Source: Gemmatimonadota bacterium (GTDB lineage Bacteria > Gemmatimonadota > Gemmatimonadetes > Palauibacterales > Palauibacteraceae). Taken from it: a DNA stretch of 64,000 nt. The notes beneath the pieces are model-generated. The model was not told the DNA's origin. It did not search any database and saw nothing but the letters and a program-made list of their open reading frames with translations. Location of the stretch: positions 406,734 through 470,733 of the forward strand of contig OY762926.1 in assembly GCA_963666735.1 (NCBI GenBank), in the 5' to 3' direction. The translations under genes were made by a program, and so were the position numbers. Below, piece after piece: positions 43,457 through 51,680 of the stretch (the first letter of the stretch is position 1; each line of letters opens with the position of its first letter).

Positions 43457-45455
43457 CCGCCGGCCCGTGGTTGCGCCTCGCGTCCGCTGGCTCGTGCTCT
43501 GCCTGGGGCTTGGCCTCGGGTCCACGCTCCCGGGCTGCGGCAGAGATGAAGCCGACAGCCGTGCCGCCGAGGGGGCGGAACCGGCAGCCGTGTACGCGGG
43601 CGACGACTGGCCGGTGTACGGCGGCGATCCGGGGGGTCTCAAGTATTCCTCCCTCACGGATATCGACCGCTCGAACGTGGCCGAACTCGAGGCAGCCTGG
43701 GTCTGGGAGACGGGAGAAGAGCCGATTCCCGACGCGGCGAGCCCCATCCAGGGCGAGCGCGTGGCGCCGGGAGCCTTCGAGGCGACACCGATCGTCATCA
43801 ACGACACCATGTGGCTCTCGACTCCCTACAGCCGCGTCGTCGCCCTGGACGCGGAGACGGGAGAGGAGTTCTGGAGCTACGACCCCAAGGCGTGGGAGTG
43901 GGGGAACCTCCACCGCGGCTGCCGCTTCTGTCACCGCGGCATCGCGCAGTGGAGCAACGGAAACGAGCGGCGGATATTTCTCAACTCGCGCTGGCGGCTG
44001 ATTGCGCTCGACGCCGGCACCGGGGCACCGATTCCCCAGTTCGGGGATGGAGGCGAGGTCGACCTGACGGAAGGACTCGCTTGGGATGCGAACCGGCTGC
44101 ACATCTCCAACACGTCGCCCGCCGTCGTGTACGACGACATCGTGATCGTGGGCAGCGGCGTTCCGGACAACCGGATCTACCGCAACAACCCGCCCGGCGA
44201 CGTGCAGGCGTTCGACGCGCGCACCGGCGAACTGCTCTGGACCTTCCACACTATCCCCAAGGAGGGCGAGTTCGGGGTCGAGACGTGGGAGGACGAGTCG
44301 TGGTCCTACACCGGCTCGGCGAACGTGTGGGCGCCGTTCTCGCTCGACCCCGAGCGGGGACTCCTCTACCTGCCCGTCTCCACGCCGAACAACGATTTCT
44401 ACGGCGGGCACCGGCGGGGGCAGAACCTGTTCGCGGAGTCGCTCGTGTGCCTCGATGCGCGGACGGGCGAGCGCGTGTGGCACTTCCAGACCGTACACCA
44501 CGGGCTGTGGGACTATGACCTGCCCGCGCCGCCCGGTCTTGTGACGATCGAGGTCGGCGGGCGCGAGATCGACGCGGTCGTGGCGGTGGGGAAGACGGCC
44601 TTCACGTACGTGCTGGACCGCGAGACCGGCGAGCCGGTGTGGCCCGTCGAGGAGCGCGCGGTGCCGGAGAGCACGGTTCCCGGCGAGGTGCCGTGGCCGA
44701 CCCAGCCGTTCCCGACGCGGCCCGCCCCGTTCTCCCGGCAGGGGATCACGGAAGATGACCTCATCGACTTCACGCCCGAACTGAGGGCGGAGGCGCTGGA
44801 AGTCTTCCACCGTCACCGGACCGGGCCGATCTTCACCCCACCCTCCGTCGACGGGACGATCATGATGCCGGGCCTCATCGGCGGGGCGGGGTGGGGCGGC
44901 GCGGCCATCGACCCCGAAAGCGGCCATATGTTCGTGAAGGCGTACGACGATCCCTTCCTCGCGCGCGTCGCCGAGGTGGAGCCGGGGTCCGGGGACGCCG
45001 ATTATCTGCCGAACTTCGCGAGCAGCCTCTCGGTGGCCGGCAGTCTTCCGATCCTCAAGCCGCCGTACGGAACGATCACGGCGATCGATCTCAACACGGG
45101 AGACCACCTGTGGCAGCGTCCGTTCGGGGATGACTCCGCGATCCGGGCCCATCCGGCGTTGGCGGGACTCGACCTCCCGCCCATGGGGGGCACGCCGCAG
45201 AGCCACGGCACGACATCGGGGCCGCTGGCGACGGCGGGCGGTGTCGTGTTCCTCGCGGGTGGAACGCCGTGGCTGGAGGCGATGGACGTGAGCGACGGCG
45301 AGACGTTGTGGCGAGGGGGCCTGGCCGGGGGGTTGGGGCGCGGCAATCCGATGACCTATCGCACCCGGTCCGGGCGGCAGTTCGTTGTCGTCGCCACCTC
45401 CGCCGACGGACAAGTCGACTCGAAGCTGCAGGCGTTCGCCCTGCCGACCCGATGA
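43443..45455 (+). CDS. PQQ-dependent dehydrogenase (quinoprotein, 8-bladed propeller) lipoprotein
   Basis: Lipobox 'LPGCG'; 'DWPVYGGDPGGLKYSSL', repeated W-motifs, 'VVALDAETGEEFW'. Confidence 0.75.
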   Translation: MTMADRRPVVAPRVRWLVLCLGLGLGSTLPGCGRDEADSRAAEGAEPAAVYAGDDWPVYGGDPGGLKYSSLTDIDRSNVAELEAAWVWETGEEPIPDAASPIQGERVAPGAFEATPIVINDTMWLSTPYSRVVALDAETGEEFWSYDPKAWEWGNLHRGCRFCHRGIAQWSNGNERRIFLNSRWRLIALDAGTGAPIPQFGDGGEVDLTEGLAWDANRLHISNTSPAVVYDDIVIVGSGVPDNRIYRNNPPGDVQAFDARTGELLWTFHTIPKEGEFGVETWEDESWSYTGSANVWAPFSLDPERGLLYLPVSTPNNDFYGGHRRGQNLFAESLVCLDARTGERVWHFQTVHHGLWDYDLPAPPGLVTIEVGGREIDAVVAVGKTAFTYVLDRETGEPVWPVEERAVPESTVPGEVPWPTQPFPTRPAPFSRQGITEDDLIDFTPELRAEALEVFHRHRTGPIFTPPSVDGTIMMPGLIGGAGWGGAAIDPESGHMFVKAYDDPFLARVAEVEPGSGDADYLPNFASSLSVAGSLPILKPPYGTITAIDLNTGDHLWQRPFGDDSAIRAHPALAGLDLPPMGGTPQSHGTTSGPLATAGGVVFLAGGTPWLEAMDVSDGETLWRGGLAGGLGRGNPMTYRTRSGRQFVVVATSADGQVDSKLQAFALPTR

Positions 45456-46612
45456 GCGCGCACCCGTGGGGCGGAGCCGCCCGCGCCGCGGTGCTGGCCA
45501 TCGCCGTTGCTCCTCTGGTCGCGACCTTGGCGCCCGCCCGCGGTTTGAGCGGGTCGCAGGAGCGAACATTCCGGCCGCTCCGACCCCTCGGCGCCGCAAC
45601 GCACCTCACGGCGTCCGTCCACTTGGGCGATGTGGACGGCGACGGCGCGCTCGACATCGTGGTGGCCAACGGACGGCACTGGCCCGAGCAGAACCGGATC
45701 TTCCTCAACGACGGGCGTGGCGGCTTCGCGCTGGCCCGGCCACTGGGGGACGAGGAGGACGGTACCTACGCGGCCCCGCTGGCGGATTTCGACGGGGACG
45801 GCGACCTCGACATCGCCACGGGGAACGACCGGACCCGGAACCTCATCTTCTTCAACGACGGCGCCGGCCACTTCGAGCGGGGCCCGATCTTCGGCGCTCC
45901 GAGCTCGACGCGCAGCCTCACGCTCGCGGACCTGGACGGGGACGGGCACACGGACATCCTCGTGGTCAATCGAGGTCGCCGGAACTTCATCTTCCGGGGA
46001 GATGGGAAGGGTGCGTTCGACGAGGGAACGCCGTTCGGGGCAGGGGACGATTCCACGATCGATGTCGCCGCGGCGGACCTGGACGGGGACGGAGACCTCG
46101 ATCTCGTGCTCGCGAACCGCGACGGAGGGGCGAACGCGATCCACTGGAACGACGGGGGAGCGTTAGACCGGCAAACGCCGTACGGCACAGGCGCCGACGA
46201 GACGCGAGGCGTGGCCGTGGGGGATGTGAGCGGCGATGGCCTGCCCGACATCGTCGTGGCCAACATCGGCGAGGCGAACGCCGTGTACCCCGGCGCCGGG
46301 GGCGGCTCCTTCGCTCGAGGGCATCCGTTCGGGCGCGAAGGCGACCAGAGCTTCGCGGTTCGCCTCGCCGATCTGGACCTCGATGGAGATCTCGACATCG
46401 TCGTCGCCAACGCCGGCGCGCAGAACGCCGTCTACTTCAACCGGGGCGGGGAACTCGAGGAGTTCCGCTTCGGCTGCGGCGACTGCGCCACCTACGGGAT
46501 CGCGGTCGGCGACCTGAACGGCGACGGCTTCCCGGACATCGTCACGGCGAACTCCGGAGCGCCGAACGGGGTCTTCGCCAACGTCCCCGCCGGAACAGGC
46601 GGTCCCCGCTAG
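45452..46612 (+). CDS. FG-GAP/VCBS-repeat beta-propeller protein, secreted
   Basis: ATGA overlap with upstream; 7 repeats of 'GDVDGDGALDIVVAN...N.IF.NDG.G.F'. Confidence 0.75.
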   Translation: MSAHPWGGAARAAVLAIAVAPLVATLAPARGLSGSQERTFRPLRPLGAATHLTASVHLGDVDGDGALDIVVANGRHWPEQNRIFLNDGRGGFALARPLGDEEDGTYAAPLADFDGDGDLDIATGNDRTRNLIFFNDGAGHFERGPIFGAPSSTRSLTLADLDGDGHTDILVVNRGRRNFIFRGDGKGAFDEGTPFGAGDDSTIDVAAADLDGDGDLDLVLANRDGGANAIHWNDGGALDRQTPYGTGADETRGVAVGDVSGDGLPDIVVANIGEANAVYPGAGGGSFARGHPFGREGDQSFAVRLADLDLDGDLDIVVANAGAQNAVYFNRGGELEEFRFGCGDCATYGIAVGDLNGDGFPDIVTANSGAPNGVFANVPAGTGGPR

Positions 46613-46678
46613 CTGCCGGTCGCGTTACAGCTTGCCATCCCTCTTCCCGCCGGGCATTTTGATCTGACATTCTCGAAT

Positions 46679-46697
46679 GAGAATGATTCTCATTATC
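46679..46697 (+). promoter_or_regulatory. Fur-box-like 19-bp palindrome (putative metalloregulator operator)
   Basis: 'GAGAATGATTCTCATTATC' matches the Fur consensus GATAATGATAATCATTATC at 16/19 positions. Embedded in overlapping palindromes ATTCTC-GAAT-GAGAAT-G-ATTCTC (46669-46697), 27 bp upstream of ATG 46724. Confidence 0.55.
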
Positions 46698-46723
46698 ACT
46701 CTCGATGGACAAGATGGAGACCG

Positions 46724-47705
46724 ATGCCGAACGGATCACGGGCGCCCCTCGCCGCCCTGGGATTGCTCTGGATGTTGAGCGGGTGTGCGTCCGCACGTGG
46801 ACCGCAGTCCGCCGTCGAACCGGCCTCCCGCCCGGGGCGCGCCGGAGTTGCGCCCGAATCGGGGCTTCGGCCCGGGATCCTCGTCATGGCGCACGGGGGT
46901 GGGGCGGAGTGGAACGGACGGGTCGAGGACGCCCTGCGGCCGCTCCGCGACCGGGTCCCCGTATCCCTGGCGCTGGGGATGGCCGACGATGCAGTCCGCG
47001 CTCGACGCCCTGGCGGACCGGGGCGTGAGCACGGTGGCGGTCGTGAGGCTGTTCGTTTCCGGGGCGTCGTTCCTGCATCCGGCGGAGTTCCTGCTCGGCC
47101 TTCGCTCCGACCCGCCGGAGCGCGCGATGGTGGGGCATCGGATGGTGAGCGGGGCGGAACTCGATCCACTCGCGAGTAGCGGCCGGATCCTGTTGGAGCG
47201 GGATGGACTGGGAGGATCCGGCCAGGCGGCTCGCATCCTGGTCGACAGGGCCGCGACCGCCGGAGTACCCGCCGCCGAGAGCGGCGTGCTGCTGCTCGCC
47301 CATGGCATGGGGGATGAAGGCGAGGATCGACAGGTGCTCCGCTCCATGGAGGATGCGGCGCGGGCCCTGCGGGCCGGCGGCTACGCGGAAGTCCACGTCG
47401 GCACGCTGAGAGAAGACTGGGCCGGCGCGAGGGAAGCGGCGGAGGAGCGGATCAGGTCGCTGGTCGCCGGCATGGGAGGGCGTCACCGGCACGTCCTCGT
47501 GATCCCGTACCGCCTGTCCGGTTTCGACCCCTGCGCCGACGTGCTGGAAGGTCTCGAGTACGTCCCCACGGAAGGCTTCCTGCCGCATCCCCTGATCACC
47601 GACTGGATCGCGGAACGGGCGACGGCGCGTTTCTGCGCCACCGGTCTCGTCTCACCGCTCGGATCCTGTGCGGTCTCCGCGGGCGGCCCCGGTCAGCCGC
47701 AGTAG
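46724..47705 (+). pseudogene. CbiX/SirB-like chelatase-family lipoprotein, interrupted by a 1-nt frameshift near 46985 (or sequencing error)
   Basis: Frame A '...LLWMLSGCASA...GILVMAHGGGAEWNGRVEDALRPLRDRVPVSLALGMAD' switches to frame B 'PTMQSALDALADRGVSTVAVVRLFVSGASFLHPAEF...VLLLAHGMGDEGEDR...' (second chelatase half). Both halves fit the CbiX pattern; neither frame alone makes a full-length protein. Confidence 0.45.
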
Positions 47706-48865
47706 TCGGCCGCCGCCTCGGCGAGGATCTCGGCCAGTCTCGCGCACGACTCGAGGTCCACCCACTCCACGTCGGCGTGCGCGCCCGCGCCATGCGGGCC
47801 GAAAACGACGCTGTCGACGCCTGCGGCCTGTGTCAGTGCGGAGTCCATCCAGGGGGCATCTCCGATGACCTCCGGGTTCCGGCCGAGGACGGCGCGGGCG
47901 GCGCGCGATACGCAGGCCGCGATAGGTGCCTCCGGCGTCGTCTCGAAGGGCTCGCGGTGGAAGAAGGTCGACCAGGCGACCTCGAGCGACGGGTCCTCCG
48001 CCCGGAGATCCTCGAGCATGGCCGCGATCTCGTCTTCAATGGACTCGCGGGTCTCGGGCGGCACGGTGCGCCGCTCGACCCGAAGCGTACAGCGCGCGGA
48101 GTAGGTGCTGATCCCGCTTCCGCCCCCCAGCAGCGCTGCGTGCATCGAGGGGGGACCGAGGAGGGGGTGGCCCGGCCGGGACCGGAGGTCCTCGATCAAC
48201 GTCTCCAGCCGGTGCAGGACGCGTCCCATTCTCAGGTTCGCGTCCACGCCTTCCCGGTACCGGCTCCCGTGGGCCGCCCGACCGCGGGTCGTGATCTCGA
48301 TCCACGTGAACCCGCGATGGGCCACGCACAGATCCAGCGACGTGGGCTCGGTGACGATCGCGGCGTCGAAGGCGAGGTCCCCGCGTGCGCGCCGTTCGAG
48401 CAGATCCGCGGTGCCCAGGCTCGCGTATTCCTCGTCGGCGACCGCGGCCACGAGGACATCCCCGGCCAGGCGCGTGCCCGATCCGCCGAGGAGCCGGGCG
48501 GCCTCGATGCAGGCGGCGAGCGCCCCCTTCATGTCGTAGGCCCCCCGTCCGTAGAGCCGCCCGTCCCGGATGCTCGGCGAAAACGGCGCCTCCATGCCCT
48601 CCACGCCCACCGTGTCATAGTGGGCGTTCAGCATCAGCGCCGGCCCGTCCCCCGCGCCCGCGAGGCGCCCGACGACGCTCGGCCGGCCCGCCTCGGGCTC
48701 GTACCGCGCCACGTCCAGGCCCGCCTCGCGCATGTGCCTCGACGTCAGGCGGGCAATCTCCGTTTCACCCGGCGCCCCTTCCACGAGGGTCGGGTTCACC
48801 GAGTCGATGGCGACGAGATCCGCGAGGATGGTCGCGAGGCGCAGAGGATCGGCGGAGAAGCTCAT
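47693..48865 (-). CDS. M20A-family deacylase (ArgE/DapE-like)
   Basis: Trimmed to 'MSFSADPLRLATILADLVAIDS'; 'LMLNAHYDTVGV', 'GRGAYDMKGALAA' motifs. Confidence 0.75.
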   Translation of the reverse strand: MSFSADPLRLATILADLVAIDSVNPTLVEGAPGETEIARLTSRHMREAGLDVARYEPEAGRPSVVGRLAGAGDGPALMLNAHYDTVGVEGMEAPFSPSIRDGRLYGRGAYDMKGALAACIEAARLLGGSGTRLAGDVLVAAVADEEYASLGTADLLERRARGDLAFDAAIVTEPTSLDLCVAHRGFTWIEITTRGRAAHGSRYREGVDANLRMGRVLHRLETLIEDLRSRPGHPLLGPPSMHAALLGGGSGISTYSARCTLRVERRTVPPETRESIEDEIAAMLEDLRAEDPSLEVAWSTFFHREPFETTPEAPIAACVSRAARAVLGRNPEVIGDAPWMDSALTQAAGVDSVVFGPHGAGAHADVEWVDLESCARLAEILAEAAADYCG

Positions 48866-48927
48866 CCCGCAAAATGTCCTGCCGAGAGGTCGGGACAAGT
48901 GCCAGGACACGTGCAGCGCGCCTCGCC

Positions 48928-49212
48928 TCAGGGGCTCGGGAGGCGCTTGATCTCCCTTCGGCCGGCCGCCACGCCGGTACCGACCCCGATCCCGAACAGA
49001 ACGGCCGTCAGGGGAGTCACGAATGGCAGGATCGCGGCCAGCAATCCAACACCCCAGCCCGCGAGCCCGGCCACGAGCGGGACACCGCGCCGGTGAACGC
49101 CGTCCACGAAGCGCAGCCTTCCGCGCACGAACCGCTTCATCGTTATGTAGCCGCCGACCGAACCGGCGCCGGCGATGGCGACCCAGAGAAAATTCCCGAT
49201 GAACTCGAGCAT
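48928..49212 (-). CDS. Small hypothetical membrane protein
   Basis: Trimmed to 'MLEFIGNFLWVAIAGAGSVGGY...' with 3 predicted TM segments; the upstream part of the track ORF is an artefact. Confidence 0.4.
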   Translation of the reverse strand: MLEFIGNFLWVAIAGAGSVGGYITMKRFVRGRLRFVDGVHRRGVPLVAGLAGWGVGLLAAILPFVTPLTAVLFGIGVGTGVAAGRREIKRLPSP

Positions 49213-49330
49213 GTAACACCTCCCGCACAGCCTGTACGCCCTCCATCCCGGGGCGGTTTCAGCAGCCTGGCCGCCTTGTACTATGTTGCCGACGTTCGAA
49301 CCCAGCCACGGAGATGGAGATGAACGCAAA

Positions 49331-49753
49331 ATGAACACGGACGGAATCCAGGTCCGGTGGGACGGCGGGCTCAAGTTCAGCGCCGGCCGAGCCGGCCACG
49401 AGACGCGAATCGACGGAGACGAGGGCGTCGCCCCCAGCCCGGTCGCCCTGATGGTGGAATCCGTCGCCGCCTGTGCCGCGATCGACGTCGTCGTCATCCT
49501 GCAGAAGGGACGCCAGGCACTCACCGGGCTCTCGGTCCGGGCGAGAGCCCGCAGGGCGGAGGCCGCGCCGCGCTACGTGAAGGGTCTCCGGTTCGACTTT
49601 CATGTTTCCGGCAACGTGGACGAAGCCAAGGCTCGGCGGGCCGTCATGCTCTCGTTCGAGCGCTACTGCTCGGTCTACCATTCGCTCCGGCAGGACATGG
49701 AGCTCGAATGGACGCTGACCCTCGACGGCGAGTCCGACGGCGGGCAGGATTGA
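49331..49753 (+). CDS. OsmC/Ohr-family peroxiredoxin-like protein
   Basis: 'MNTDGIQVRW...'; paired Cys 'SVAACAAIDVV' and 'ERYCSVYHSL', typical of OsmC. Confidence 0.65.
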   Translation: MNTDGIQVRWDGGLKFSAGRAGHETRIDGDEGVAPSPVALMVESVAACAAIDVVVILQKGRQALTGLSVRARARRAEAAPRYVKGLRFDFHVSGNVDEAKARRAVMLSFERYCSVYHSLRQDMELEWTLTLDGESDGGQD

Positions 49754-50587
49754 CTATTCGAAGGGGTCGGGAAGTTCCCCGGCCCAGTCCAGGAAGCCCG
49801 GCCCGTCCGGCGTCCAGACCACGATCGCGCCGCAGGTCGAACCCGTACGCATGAACTCCATCGGCGTCTCGACGTCCCGCCTGTAGACTTCGACCGCGCC
49901 GAGAACGTCCCTCTCGAGATCGTCGAACTGCATCCCCGCCTGGTACATCCCGTCCAGGTAGAGCGCCGGTGGACACCGGAGCCGAGCGCCCTCGCCGAGG
50001 AAGATCTCCGCTCTCCCGTACTCGATGCGGCCCACGGAGACGTTCGGCAGGCCGCGCAGGAGGTCGCTGGGAAGACGCGGGTTCCGGTTGATGATGTCCC
50101 GCGGAGTGAAGAAGGTCCCGAACCCCTTTTCCAGGCGCTCCACGAAGCCGGCCAGGTTCCGCGCGCGCCGGGTCTGCCGCACCTCGACCGTGAGATCCGC
50201 AATGCGAATGACCGTGCGCGACAGGGTGAGCGTGACGCGGGTCGTCTGGTCCGGCGCGAGGTCGATGAGCGTGTGGCCGGCCTCATAGCCGATGAACCGC
50301 ACCTCGATCGAGTCCCTGCCGGCCCACGTCCGAGGGATGCGGAAGTTGCCTTCGGCGTCCGTGGTCGCCCCGTACCCGGATCCCATGAGGATGACGATGG
50401 CGCCCTCGACCGGGAGTCCGGTCGAAGCGCTGGCGACATGGCCGACCAGTTCCGCCGTGCGGCGGTCCTCCGTCTCCTGCTCCTCCTGCGCCAGAGTCGA
50501 ACCCGGCGAACCCGCCAGCACGGCTCCCGCGAGGAGGGTCAGCGCCGCCAAGCGGGCGCATCGACTTCCCGACTCCAATGCACTCAT
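49754..50587 (-). CDS. Carboxypeptidase-regulatory-like domain protein (CarbopepD_reg_2), secreted
   Basis: Signal 'LAALTLLAGAVLAGSPGSTLAQ'; 'GHVASASTGLPVEGAIVILMGSGYGATTDAEGNFRIP' domain. Confidence 0.6.
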   Translation of the reverse strand: MSALESGSRCARLAALTLLAGAVLAGSPGSTLAQEEQETEDRRTAELVGHVASASTGLPVEGAIVILMGSGYGATTDAEGNFRIPRTWAGRDSIEVRFIGYEAGHTLIDLAPDQTTRVTLTLSRTVIRIADLTVEVRQTRRARNLAGFVERLEKGFGTFFTPRDIINRNPRLPSDLLRGLPNVSVGRIEYGRAEIFLGEGARLRCPPALYLDGMYQAGMQFDDLERDVLGAVEVYRRDVETPMEFMRTGSTCGAIVVWTPDGPGFLDWAGELPDPFE

Positions 50588-50653
50588 GTGGCCCCCTGGC
50601 CGAGTCCGGCTCTCCCTTGGATTAACGCTTTCTGCCGCCCGAAAGATACGGCT

Positions 50654-51205
50654 TCATCGCCTCGTCATCGACAGGACGGTCGGGTCCCCGCCTCCGCTGC
50701 CATGAATGGTGACGAGCAATTCGTCGCCTGCGGGGCTTTCGTACGTGAACCACCAGGGCGCGTTCGGCGGCGGCGCCTCCGCCGTGCTCCGGAAGGTGGC
50801 CTGCCGGCCTTCCAGGGCCGTGAGACGGTATTCGAGTCGCGTCTCCTCCCAGGGCACCCACCCTCGCGAGACGTGCTTGAACCGATAGTAAATTTCGCCA
50901 TCGTCGTCCTGCTCGAGGAGCAGAAGTTCGTACATGACCGCGAGATCGTCGCGGACGAGGCGGAAGGAGCCGGACATCGAGCGCCCCGCGGGGCTGAACC
51001 ACGCCTCCTCGATCTGTCCTCCGAAGGCGTCCCCGCCCCAGTGGCCGGCGATCCATGCCAGATCGGCGAGATCGATGGCCCGCGTGGGCGCGGCCGTCAC
51101 CGCCCCGCCCGCCGGATCCGCGTCCTGACCCATCGCGCCCCCGGCGCCCGCCAGGTGGGTGACGGCGGAGAGTGCGATGGCGATCGCGGCCGCGCGGCCG
51201 CGCAT
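50654..51205 (-). CDS. Hypothetical secreted protein (DUF6265-like?)
   Basis: Trimmed to 'MRGRAAAIAIALSAVTHLAGAGGAMG'; 'AWIAGHWGGDAFGGQIEEAWF...EIYYRFKHV'. Start uncertain (alternative 51262). Confidence 0.45.
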   Translation of the reverse strand: MRGRAAAIAIALSAVTHLAGAGGAMGQDADPAGGAVTAAPTRAIDLADLAWIAGHWGGDAFGGQIEEAWFSPAGRSMSGSFRLVRDDLAVMYELLLLEQDDDGEIYYRFKHVSRGWVPWEETRLEYRLTALEGRQATFRSTAEAPPPNAPWWFTYESPAGDELLVTIHGSGGGDPTVLSMTRR

Positions 51206-51260
51206 GGCCGGCGCCCGGGAGGTTTGAGAAACCGCGGATCGCGCCGCATCTTCGCACGCC

Positions 51261-51617
51261 ATGAAAGCGGTCCTGAAGGTCCTCGTCTCGATCATCGTCT
51301 GCCTCCTCGCCGGCCTTGCGGGGCTGGCGCTCGTGTTCAGAGACCTGTCTGTCGGGCCCGGTCCCGGGCTCATCGCGCTCGGGGGTCTCCTGTATTTCTC
51401 CGCAGGCTTCGGCCTCGGGCGGTGGCACCGCGGCGCGCGTCCCCTCCTCTGGGGCCTGGCGCCGGGCTGGAGTCTCGCCCTGCTGGGCGTCATCGGCATC
51501 TGGGTGACCGTGACGGATCCTCCGTCCGGCCACTGGGGCCTGGCGCTTCTCTTCCTGCTCGGCCCGGCCGTCGCGGGCTCGGCGGGCGCCGTGCTCGCCG
51601 CGAGGATTGATACCTGA
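51261..51617 (+). CDS. Hypothetical small membrane protein
   Basis: 4 hydrophobic segments; divergent from 50654-51205; no homolog recognised. Confidence 0.35.
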   Translation: MKAVLKVLVSIIVCLLAGLAGLALVFRDLSVGPGPGLIALGGLLYFSAGFGLGRWHRGARPLLWGLAPGWSLALLGVIGIWVTVTDPPSGHWGLALLFLLGPAVAGSAGAVLAARIDT

Positions 51618-51680
51618 GAGCTGAGCAACCGCCCATTTCCCTTCACCGACCATTACGGGAACCACAGACGCTCGGCATCG

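Noticed and set aside
43422-45599. 725-aa minus-strand ORF
   Set aside because: Antisense to the well-supported PQQ dehydrogenase; Arg/Gly-rich.
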